A DNA stretch of 64,000 nt, taken from NCBI GenBank assembly GCA_037447605.1, contig CM074806.1:3782001-3846000 (forward strand), in the 5' to 3' direction. Under the pieces are notes generated by a model, which searched no databases, was not told the origin of the DNA, and saw only the letters and a program-made list of their open reading frames with translations. Made by a program: the position numbers and the translations under genes. Positions 12,640-23,990 of the stretch are shown piece by piece. Positions within the stretch are counted from its first letter, which is position 1. Each line of letters begins with the position of its first letter. This stretch comes from Zygnema circumcarinatum SAG 698-1b (Eukaryota > Plantae > Zygnematophyceae).

Positions 12640-14009
12640 GCTTTGTTCAGCGGAGGAGGACTTCATCCTCGGCGGCGGAGGATGAAGTCCTCCGCCGCTT
12701 CATTCGAGGTTAGCAATAATGAGACTTGCGATGGGATCCTGTTCAACACATCCGCTGAACAGAGCAGGTCACATCTGCACCTGCTTCTGTAGCAAGTGCG
12801 GGTCATTCGCTTATTCCAGGTGCTTACTTCGGGTTATGGAGGTCCGGAGCGAAGTTGACTGGCGACATCAAGATAAGGCTTGCAACCGTTGGTTGCACCG
12901 CGGCAGTTTATTTCATGGATTCAACATTTGAATCAGGAGCAGTGATCGTTTATTCCTTTAGATGGATGGGCGAGAAAAGGATCTTAAGACAAGGCACTTT
13001 TAGGATGGCAGCCCTCGATTCAAATGTTTGAAGTTCAGCGATACAACTCTCACTAGTCTTGTTACATCTGAATAGACGGCTCTCTGGCGGAAACCTGCCT
13101 AGGAACGCCTTTTTGTTTGGTGTTGCTTTGTGAAAGTAGTTTGACTACTACTGTAAATAAACTGATTGGTAATATTTAAGAACGTTGGTTTTGTTTTTCT
13201 TTCTTTGTTTTTCTTTTCTTATCCTTCGCTTCTGTCCCAGTGATGCTTTGCATTTGCTCACAGGCAACTGGAACAGCGATATTCGAAATGCAGGCGGAGT
13301 TTCGCCCTTGCACGCAGCAACCATTATTGACGGCAGGATGAAGAAACAGTCTGATGTGCATCCAAACATTCAAGCCTCTTCGGCATTCGAGATATTGGTT
13401 TACAACTACACGTCATTCAGCGTCACAAAACACTCCCATGCGCATGCGTGCGACATGACATGCCATGATATGACATGACATGACATCTGGGCACAAATGA
13501 CTTAAAAGCATGAGCGACAACAATGGAACTTTCAACAAAGCAAGACACCGAGTCAGAGAGAGAAGCCTTCCTTGGTTATTTCTCATTCCCTACAGCTCTA
13601 CTACCCATCGCTACCTGCTCAGTTTACACATACCCGCGCTGGAAATGGCCGCCATGACTCATGGCAGAACCGTCCGAGGTCCGACGCATCTAACAGCAGA
13701 CTTGTTCCCTTGCTACACCTACAGCGAGAAGAGAATTTCCTCGTAGACGGGGTTGAATTTACAAATGTAGAATAAAATTAATGAAAGTATGAATAGCACG
13801 AATGATTGAATGGGCTAATTTTCCTTCTCCTTACTCCAATCTCCCGTCAATGTACACACACGCACGCGCTTCCGACCATCTTCATCATCACTTATCTCAC
13901 CACTCCTCGTTCATGGCTCTCCACGAGCCTCCTCGACCGTGTAAAAACAAACCCCCCCTCCCCCCCCCCAACGATGGCGCCAATGATCAAAACTTCCCCC
14001 CTCCCTCCA

Positions 14010-14088
14010 TTCCCCCTCCCTCCATTCCCCCCTCCCTCCCTCCCTCCCCCCTCCCTCCCTCCCTCCCTCCCTCCCTTCCTCCCTCCCT
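14010..14088 (-). repeat. (GGGA)n-rich tract just 3' of the paralogue C stop codon
   Basis: The plus strand reads (CCCT)n. A shorter equivalent follows the paralogue A stop (8965-9010). Confidence 0.85.
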
Positions 14089-14110
14089 GAGGGCAGCAGC
14101 CGCGCTCCCT

Positions 14111-14973
14111 TCAGGCAATTGGCGTCTGCAGGTCGAGCCCCTCCCTCTCCTTCGCGGTCGCGTTCCAGAAGGATCGCAGGCACTTGGCGGCGTCCGAGAG
14201 CGTCCTCGCGGGCTTGCGCCGCGGCCCCCGCGGAGTGCCGCCCCCCGGCCCGCCCTCGGGGAGGAGGCGCCGCGGGGAGGACCGCTCCTCCTCCTGCAGC
14301 CGCATGGCGGCCACGACCTGCTCCGCCTCCATCACCTGCCACGCCGCGTGCTTCACCCGGATGCGCGCAGCCTCCACCTCGTCCTCGTCGCATGTCGCCC
14401 CAAAATCTGCACACCATGAATGCACACATTCGCGTCAGACAGAACTCGCCGCCATCTGCGTTACACAAGCAGCCATCGTTAAAAGCACGCAGAGGGGGGT
14501 GGACATTCTCTCTCACTACCTTCGTTTCCGAGAGACACGGGGAGGCTGGAGGAGCGGAGCAGGCTCGGCTCGTCCGCAATGATGAGAGGCGGCGGCGCAG
14601 ACCACGTCCGCGGAGAGCTCGGGCGGCGCTGCGGCCTGTCCGCCATGGCGAGGACCTCCAGCCGCCGCTCCGCGCCCTTGCCCGTGAACGAGTCCGCGAA
14701 CCCCATGGAGGCCGTGCGCGCGGGGCGCACCTCCTTCTCCTCGTCGGCTGCGGAGGCCTTTGCGCCCTTCAGCATCCACTCCTGCCACGCGGCCGCCTTC
14801 TCGTCGAGGGAGACCTCTGCGTGGCTGCTATTGCCATGGCTGCCATTGCTGCTGTCGGGGAAGTCGAACACAGTGCTCGGCGAGTTCTGCGGACTGCTCG
14901 TCGCGACCTCGACCTCGTCCTCATCCCACTTGGGCCGCTCCGCCGCAAAGTGGTCGAAGTCGATCAGTGCCAT
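14111..14973 (-). CDS. Unknown family protein, paralogue C (exons 14973-14520, 14406-14111; 249 aa)
   Basis: Same phase-1 intron position. Contains SPSTVFDFPD, LLRSSSLP and TCDEDEVEAARIRVKHAAWQVMEAEQVVAAM. Confidence 0.85.
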
Positions 14974-15169
14974 AGCAGCGACCCGGAATTCCCCGCCCGC
15001 TCAAACCCTATATGCCTGCTGCAGCCTTCTGCGGCTATGGCTGCCGGGCCCTGCGCGGGAAGGAGGGAGGGTGGCAGGGAGGGAGGGCCTTTGACTGGGC
15101 GCGGGCGGGGGGCGGGCGCGGCCCTTAAAGCGCCCTGCGGGTCCTGCGGGCCGCGCGCGGGCAGCGGCT

Positions 15170-17130
15170 GAAACATTTAGGGCTGCCCGCCGGAACGGCG
15201 CCATACATGCGCGGGCGGAGGGGCGCCACGTGGCGAGCTGACCGGCTGGCAAGTAGCGGCGGACGGAAGACGACAGAAAACGAAAAAGGACGACGAGGGA
15301 CTGACAAGGAACGGTCCGTACATTGTGCCAGGCTGTCGAAAGGAATGGCGGCGGTAGATTTTTGTCGCAATGGGAAGAGGATCTGGGGAGGGAAGCGTGC
15401 GCGGCGGAATGGGACACGTGGCGGCACGAAGGGGGTGGAGCTAGATCCGAAGTACGAACTGATTCTGTAATTATATGGACAGTGTACGAACGGGCCTCGA
15501 TACGGAGAGTGAAAATCGGCGATTGGCGAGAGTACGTTTTGTCGCGGAGCGGGACAATTGTCCGCATCGTACGGTTCGCTCAGGGGGATTGTACGTCAGA
15601 AAACGACGGGCGGATGATTGCTGGAAATCAGCGGCGCGCGGATCTGAGAGAGAGCAGAAAACGGACACGCAGAAAAATGATGATGTAAAACGACAAGGCG
15701 GGGGATGGTTTTGGCCCATTAGGCCGACCGTATCGGAAACCAATGGGAGTACGCCACGTTGGACAACTTTGCCGCCCGCAGACCCGCAGGCAGTAAAGCT
15801 TGTTGGCATTTTCGAACCGTCCGGTCTTGCGCCAGCTCGCGCAGACGCGGCCACGTGCGCATGCCAGCTGTGTGCGAGCCGCGCGCGGTTACAGGCCGCG
15901 CGTGGGCGAGGGTCAACCGCGCGGCGCGCACTTGCAGGACACGTGGCGCACATAAAACGGAGCAGTGTGGTTGAAAGCGCACGTCGCGTGGTTTGGTTGC
16001 ACCGATCACAGCTGGAGGGTTTACGGCGCGCCACATGGCAGCGCGGGGAGGAGGCGCTCGTGGCGGACGCGTGGCGGCGCAATGATCGCGGCGCCACTCG
16101 CGCCTCGCGGTGAGTGCCGACATTTCACGCTGCGCCGACACCACCGACACGCTCTGCCGACATTTGCGCTGCCGACACCGTCCTCCACTTCTCGCGGAGC
16201 TCCCCGAGAGCCGCCGTCGAGCCGACACACTGTATCGTATCGTACCGTACCGTATCATACCGTACCGTATCGCGGCCATCTGCGCACCTGGGAATGCACC
16301 GCTCTGTCCGTCCGTCGAGCGCGGATGGTCCCCCCGGAGGAGGGGCGGGCCGGCGCGAGTCTCGCGACCCATTGGATGACACAGTTGGCCGGCAATGCTT
16401 GGCAATTTCTTCCATGCCAAGATGCAAATAGATATTGGAATGGTTGGCAACCATTAGTGTATGCTGCCAGTAACTACGCCAGGTTACGACCACTGGCAGT
16501 TGTTGATTCGATCGACGCTAGTGGCTTGGTTGCCAACCATAGAATCCAGTTGCAACCATTGGCAATTGTTTGCAACCATTGCATTCAACCAGTTGCATTG
16601 GTCGATTGACGCGCGAACCAATGTCCCCACCCATCCCATGGTCCCCCGCTTCCAGTTCGCCTCAAAAACCTTTGGACCCGTCGGCCGGCGAACAATCCCC
16701 CGTGCCCAATAATGGCGCGCCTCCACCCTCGCTCTTGTCGCCACCTGTTCCGCGCCGACGCGGAGCGTCAGCACCGGTACGCCGACCAATCAGGAGCCAC
16801 CGGCCATTTTTGTCGTTTTATATATGAGTAACCGTATTCGTCATATCGCCAGCATAGCGGATGCGACCGACACGACCGACGCGCCGTTTACTGCCGACCG
16901 GTGGGATTGCCGGGCACTGCGGTATCGAGGCAGCGGCCGGCAAACTCTGTCGGAAATGTCCGATACACAGGCGATGTGACGATATTTTCGATATGCAAAC
17001 CGTCAGCAGTCAAGCCCTGAACGTACGGATCGTCCGTTTCCTTGCGTACGGGGATAATCGGTGGTTCCTGATTGGTTGTCGTATCCTTGCTTACGTCATG
17101 ATGTTAAGGTCCTCTCCGTCGTGATGTCAC
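15170..17130. promoter_or_regulatory. Extended regulatory island upstream of paralogue C with ABRE (ACGTGGC), DRE (RCCGAC) and GTAC clusters
   Basis: ACGTGGC at 15228, 15416 and 15941; six RCCGAC within 16116-16226; CGTAC runs at 16242-16270; minus-strand TATATAAA at 16824-16817. Confidence 0.55.
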
Positions 17131-18645
17131 GTGGTCCAATGTTTCTATGGAGCATGAGAGGGAGGGTTTGACATTGGTCTCGCGACGATGGCGATGTCAT
17201 GAATGGTGCATGCATGCTCAACAACAACATGGGGAGCCACGAGGAGCCGGTCGCAAAGGTATAGGTATCTCGAGGTGATGTAAGCGGTGGAGATTTGAGA
17301 ACGAGCAATGGACATACCCATGAAAGGCGACATGGAAAGGCAACATGTCACGAAACAAACAAGGACAGGAATCCTAAGGGGTGGGAGGTCGGAAAATGCT
17401 GCGACGAGGCTGAACGAACGCACCATGGCTCTCAATGCAGCCGCGGGGGTCGCCAATGTGAAGAAATTCTCGAAAAAAAGTTTACCTTGTTCAGGGCGGG
17501 TTGAGGTTTGGTAGAGGGGTATTTGTTGGCATAATTGGTAGGACCAGCATGAATTGCTCGCGAATTCGCTATCCTATGTTTGGTCCATTTCGTTTGAAGT
17601 AGACTAGGCCAAAGCAAAAGGCTACGGTTTAAGACGTAAGAAGAAAAGAAGACAGCTTATATTCGTTTAGGCAACCTGGTCAAATTTTTTTTTTTTTTTT
17701 TGGAATGTAAGTAGATCTGCCATCTTGGGCAGGCCTGCATGGGCGCAATACCAGAGATGTTCCCAGTAAGTGAGTCAGTAAGCAGAGTTTATGCAGCTTC
17801 AAATCATTTGGTATTAACATCGCCAGTGAGACTGGAGTACACGTTCATTGTTGGCTGTTTGCCGAGGACGGATGTCTCATTGGTCGCTCCATATCGGCCA
17901 AGCACACGGGAAAAAGCAACAAGAACATGGAAAGCCACCCTGTCAGGCGAAAGTTAGAAGTGTCTGTATATGAGACTGTTAACTTGCCACAAATTTGCCG
18001 TCCTGGGATCATGGGAACGTTGACTTTACTTTATCAAGGATCTTACTTTATAGACAAGTTATTGTTGGTTCTTCTGCATGAGCAGTATGAACGGGCTCCC
18101 CAACTCAACCTTCCAGAGGACACTAATGAACTACTCGTGAACTTGATATAACTGCTCTGCTCAATGGAACAACAATGAAAAAGGTTTTTTTTCCAGATTT
18201 CCAAAAACAAGAGAAAAGGAGAGGAACGGCAACGACAATCAAACTGCAGAAAACATGGCCGCAAAAACGTCAGCCTGCAGGTCACGCTGCAACTCGTGAC
18301 AGCCCCAACAAGCTTCCTAACCGCCCCAAAGTTGGTAAAACATAAAACGCAACAGCAAAAAAAGCGGTGACCACGGCTTCAAAAAGTCACGCTATTTGTG
18401 CACTACAAGCAGGTGCACACTACCTACCTCCGCCACAATGTAGAACATCGCCCTGATCCTCATAAAGGCGGACTATCCGCACCCTCTACCAATTTACATG
18501 TTTGTAGCGCATGTACAGAACTCACCCTTACATTTGGAACGCCAATACATCTCCCCTTCCAAGGGCCCCCATTCCCCTTCCCCTTCCCCTTCTTGGATTT
18601 CAAGTTCAACCAGAAAAAGGCTGCATGTAGAGCTCCTCTGCTGCA

Positions 18646-21600
18646 TTATGATGATCGATTGGGTTGCCACGATGTCATGGCGAGCAGAGGCTTGTCGTCC
18701 CATGTGAGAATAAGGCAGCCTTCTTCTTTCAACAGTCCATAGCTCGACCTATACCTGCACAAAATGCACAGGAAAAAGACGAGGATGAGAGATCCCTCCG
18801 AGACGCTTTCCCAGTCATTGCTTGAAGGTTCAGGAAAGCGACTCTTGCATTCTACTTCCAAACGCCACGAACAGCAGAGCAGTGGAAATAGATCGACCAT
18901 TGCTAATAGATTCTGGTCCTCGGTATTGTCTACAGGCTTCATTTGGCCATGGTCAATTCTAAAGACAAACAGATGAGAAAATGCCACTGTCAAGGTGGGC
19001 GAGAGGGAGAACCGGAAACGCGAAGTGAAAGCTGCCTACTCACGTTTGTAAAAGGGCCTTGACTGTTATGACCATGCCTTCACTGACAGGTCGAGGATTG
19101 AACCCAACGGTTCGCATCAGCTCCTGCCATCGGCCCGCCAACTCCTGTCTTTTTCCACAGCCCTTTCCTCCTTCAGCGACCACATTTACGATGGCCCGCC
19201 CAAGAACTTGTTGCTCAAATAAACGTCGCGCTGCCAGGTCTCTAGGAATAGCTTCCTCAATAGACTCAAAAAGTGAGGAATAGTAGTACAATGCTTCATA
19301 AAATCGAGCCAGAAAGAAGGGTGAGTTGTGGTTTGTGTGCTGTTCTACAATAGTGCACACTTTTGGATTCAAAGATCGAAAAGTACGAAGCACATGCTCG
19401 CATGAGCTTGCTGACAAGCGAAAGTTGTCCAAAAGCTGATGAAGACGGAGTGAGAAGTTGACAGCTATGGCCTCTCCATTCCTCATGTCCAAAATGTTGG
19501 CCGCCAAGTCCTCCAGGCGACAAAACACCGGATGATATTCGAAAGGCACGCCCCACAACTTCGCAACCCTCTGCAAACAAACAACCCGACGGTAAATCAG
19601 CATGCAGACATGCTCCGCCACATACACTTCCTCTGCAACATGCCTTCATTAAAGAGGTCCATCATATGTGATTTTGACGATCCTCTGCTTTTTGAATCAA
19701 AGAGAATGTTAGAGGTAAGATTACCTTCAATTTTTCACCGACGTTCAGAAGACAATAAGGAGAATTTCCTTCCCCCTGTTGGAACTCAATGGCTGTCAGA
19801 CGGACAACAGGTGGTCCTCCTGGCCGAGCTGCTAGAGCTTGGATAAGGGCAGGCCATTGAAGACCAAACCCAGTCCCACAATCCATGATGTGAACGCTGT
19901 TCTCCCCTTTAAAGGCTTCCAAGATTGCGCTGTTCGCTGCTACTTGACCAAATGTCAGGTAAGGGCTTGCATTCATCACAACCTGCACAAGTCCGGACAG
20001 ACAGCATCAAATAGAGTGTCAAAAATACTGGCGAAATCAGACTCGTTAAAGTTCCAGGGACGACTAGTGACGAGCAGCAATCTTGGCTGAAACAACCGCA
20101 AAACGACAAACGACAAGATGAGGCACTTCGCCTGTGTACCTTATAGAAAACACCACCAATTTCCAGTTCTCAATTAAGTAATAGTTCTGCTCAAAATAAA
20201 AGCCGACTAAAAGCTGTCTAGGAACTTCCACATAAAATCCACCCCGTACATGCAGGTAATTTAGTGAAAGACTATCGTGTTTCAATGTGGAAAGTATCTC
20301 TGCAACCATCATACCTACATGCCGTTACAAATGTGAAAGAAATGCTAACTGACTCACCTGGAAAGACTCCAAGATATGCCTCGCTCTTTGACTACAGGAC
20401 TTGCCATTTTCGCCAGCGTTTATAGAGGAGCTCGTGTCTTCGACCACAGTCCCAACTTCCGAACAACTGGGCTTACACGGTTTTTGACACTCGTCAACTA
20501 TTTTGTCGCCCGACATTCTTGCATTGAGACCTTGTAAGAAGTATGCTGATAGCCTCTGCTGAGCATCACCATAGACGGATGCGACTTCAGTTAGCTTAGC
20601 GAGCAAGTCAACTACTCTTGACTGATCGTCTGATACAATTGCCTTGGCAACTTCGATGAGAAGTTCCATAGCTGGAAGTGTGCTCTCTTGATGAACATTA
20701 GCCCTCTGTCCCTGATCACTAGGGCTGAAATGCCCATTGGGTGGTCTGCTTGATGCAGTCGTGACAAGCGTTGCCTTTTTCTTGTTGCATTCATTCAATA
20801 TCTTACCTAGAGGTTCTTGAGCATGCAGCACTTCTAAGCTCAAACCGGGATGTTTAGATACGTCTGCAAGGATCTCACTCGACATTAATTCTCCTCGAGT
20901 ACTAGCTTCTTCAGCCACATGCTCATTAGTAAAATAGTCCGCAAGCAAGTCATACGCTTCTTCCGCCTCCAAACCTCCAACACTTGCACTCTGGAATTCA
21001 GCAGCGTCTTCCGCAGGCGTCACTCCGTCCTTGGTCACAGCGGCTGCTGCAGTCAAATCTTCTGCACTATCAAGGAACTGCTGCATCTCCAAAAATGCAT
21101 CCTCTAAACCATCCAACCCTCTAAAAAAGTCTTCCTCCATGACTGCGCTTGCCCCATGACTATCCACTTCCTGAAATATGTCGCCAGCCAATCCAGTACC
21201 CTGTGATCCTTTTTTCGCTTCTGGCCGATCGGAAGCAGTTCTAGACGCTGTATAATCAGTACCATTCATTGGCCCTTGTCTTACGGATTCGACCAATGGA
21301 ACGGCAGATGATGCAGCTGTGGCACTTGACAGCTCGGGAAGATGGTCGTACGCTCGCATGTGTGTCGAATTTGATCGAGTCCTCATCCATAGATTTTGTA
21401 AAGTGTTTGTCAGGTTTCGTGAATTCCCAACATCGTCTTTCCCAGACCTAACTCTCTTTAAGCCCTTGCTTTGAGTCTCTGCAGAGCACAATTCGAAAAG
21501 TAAGACCTCATGTGCACCAGTCAGATTCTTCAACAATGAAATATTCGCGAACCTGGGGTGCTTTTCTAGGGATGGACCAAGCATTAAACAAACAAATTTT

Positions 21601-22267
21601 TGCGTGAAAACTTTGTCATCAGAGGGCATCAAAATATCTCCTCATACACATACGCATGTCCAGCGTGAAGTACTTTCAGCATGACATAGATACATTTGTC
21701 AATTCAAGTTTGCAGCAGCACACGCAGCATAGAAGGATCATGAGGCGAAAGAGCTAGAAGTAATTGCACATGAAAGTGTACATTCAGAACATCGCCACCT
21801 CTGAAACAGCTGCTGGCAAATCACTTAAGAAGTGTTCAGACTGATCTACTCCAGATAAAACATTTTTGCCCGAAATAAGTCAGCCACCATTACGGAATAG
21901 TCTACCAACTTTAAAATCACACCAGGATGCCAAATCCTTCCAGAACATTAAACAGTAGAGAAACTAGGAGATCATTAAGTAAAATCGTCAGGTAAAACCT
22001 GAACGGGAGATAAAAAACCGCACCTCCCATCTGCTTGCTGCTCTTGCCGTTGGTGCTGGCAACAGGAACTGCCTCTTCCAAGACACGTTCTGAACGAGAG
22101 CCTCCATGGCTGCCACCGCTGGCCGGTTGCTTGCTCTGCAACCATGCCTTCTGCAACCTCGACTCCAAATCCTTTGGAAGAGTCTCCCTGTCAGTGACCA
22201 CCTTTGCAGGGATGAGAGGGCCGTTGTTGATCCTGCCGAACTCGCGACGAGCGAATCCTGCAGTCAT
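18646..22267 (-). CDS. GRAS-domain transcriptional regulator, copy 1 (exons 22267-22024, 21478-20358, 19982-19725, 19570-19044, 18754-18646; start codon uncertain)
   Basis: [14 protein letters not shown]...[15 protein letters not shown]; VHIID region [20 protein letters not shown]...VHIMD...[18 protein letters not shown]; [34 protein letters not shown]; [23 protein letters not shown]. All four subdomains are in order. Confidence 0.95.
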
Positions 22268-23499
22268 GGCGCCCTCTTTCACTTCCTCCTGCTGTCCTTG
22301 CAGCCGCCTTTTATGCTCAAATGCTTTAGGAAGATGCCATGGCGGCCATGGACAGGTCAGCTCCAAGAGCAGAACTTGAAGCTTTCATCGTTGCAGGCAA
22401 ACAAACGACCATGCCTGCACAGTTGAAAGACGCGCACAGTACCTCTAATTGGGACGCCACGGTACCCTCTAGAAGGACGACGCGCTCCAAGTTATTCAAA
22501 ATTGGGCGAATCCGCGCGGCCGGCCGGTTTCCGTGAGCAGCGTACAGTTTCAAAATCCGCGTTATCCGAAAATAGCGGGACTGTGATGCTGAATTTCCAC
22601 AGCGAACCAGGCCACTTTCCCATCGCCCACTTTCATCTCGGCGGGTCCTGTCCTGCCTCCCCATTCAAAGATCTGGCGAATCTAGACTACCAATGAAAAG
22701 CCGTCGCGTGTCCGCTGACGTGGACACTGCCATGCTGGGCGCGCAGCGGTGCATGCGATGGCGCGCCGCAGAGTGGGTTTGCGGGCCATGCTTAAGCCAT
22801 GGTGGCCGGGCCATGGCCGCCGCCTCCTGCTGCCTGGCTGCCTACTTCTGCTCTGCCTCCCCTTGCATCGGGGCCTCGCCCGTGCTGAGGGCTTTCAGCG
22901 AATCCCTGATCCTGCATCCGTGGGAATCATTAGGGCTATGCAGGACAGTTTAGGGCGAATTTGCTGCTTTCAAGGAACGCCTGCCCCCCCCCCCCCCCCA
23001 CTGCTGCAAGAGAACCTAGAAGCCTCCCTCTCTCTCTTACTCTCCTTCCCTTTCCCTCTCCTTTTAATTAGCCCCTCTCCCTCTCTCTCTCGGTTTCGCG
23101 CTACCTCTTTCTCGCTTGTTGAAACCACCCCTATCTTCTTTTTTCTCCATTTAATGCAGGCCCTCCCCCTCCCTCGGCTTCATGCTCTCCCTCTCACGAT
23201 TCCCTGCTCTCTTTCTCAGTTCCATGAGATATCTCTCTCCCCATCCTCTCTCTCTATTGTTGAGATTCAAGAATTAGGCTTCAGGGACTTAGTGGGGGAA
23301 GTACAGCTTTTAAGCATTCGGGTTTAGTGTTTGAGAGTGGGATGTGGCATTGATCCCACGATGGCGATAATGCCATCAGATGTGCATGGACAAAGTCAGC
23401 ATGGGAACCACGAAGGACTGGCTGCAAAGGACCCAAGCACAAAAGAAAAAGCTAGGAGCTGGAAGCTACGCCTAGGGTCAACCTGAAGGGGGGGGGGGC

Positions 23500-23990
23500 T
23501 TGCACGAATTAGGGCTCCGAGATTACGGCAGGGCTCGGCTCGGCGCGCATTCGCAAGTTCGTACAACATACGGCCGCGCCTCCGGAGGGCCGGGACCGGG
23601 AGGGCCCGCGCTCGCCGTACATCCAGCAGTACTGTACTACAGTACAGTACAGTATACGGTACGAAAAATCTTGCTGTACTGTATGTACTGTACAGTATCA
23701 CCTGATACTGTTCGTACGTATCACGTGGCCCTGCCGCCCATCCACGTGCCACTCTTACTCGCGCGCTCCAATCAGAACTTTGCCGTATGACGCTCGCAGA
23801 CAAGGGCAGGGCCGGACCTTCCGTATCAAAAAGTACAGTACGGTCATTATATTTCTCAGATTTTTTCAAACTGGACATAGAACGTCAGTGGCCAGTCGCC
23901 TGCGACGGGAACGGTCGCATGTGTCCTCCCTCCCTGCCCGCCGGCCGTCCTGTTTCGCAAGCACGCACGCAAGCACGCAAGCAAGCAGGT
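23500..23990. promoter_or_regulatory. GTAC-saturated core of the bidirectional GRAS promoter
   Basis: About 13 GTAC tetramers counted by eye in ~290 bp (23560-23845), plus ACGTGGC at 23723. Confidence 0.6.

Noticed and set aside
9010-14973. Similarity of the unknown family to DUF1685 (RSxSL...DEL...ARLKxWAQAV) or to TRB/Agenet-protein AAxxVxEAE helices
   Set aside because: Only a few scattered residues match; the diagnostic LKGCxDLGFGF, Myb/H1 or Agenet domains are absent.
16430-16600. GTTGGCAAC/GTTGCC words as RFX X-box sites
   Set aside because: RFX factors are not known from green plants; the region is kept only as a hairpin finding.
15001-16827. Many long overlapping ORFs (up to 243 aa) on both strands
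   Set aside because: Arg/Ala/Pro-rich products typical of stop-poor GC-rich promoter DNA, with no recognisable domain. The same applies to 30268-31617, 39250-40342 and 56298-57128.
17145-17514. Short ORFs downstream of the DRE/ABRE island, considered as a LEA-type gene
   Set aside because: No LEA repeat or composition and no consistent splice model.
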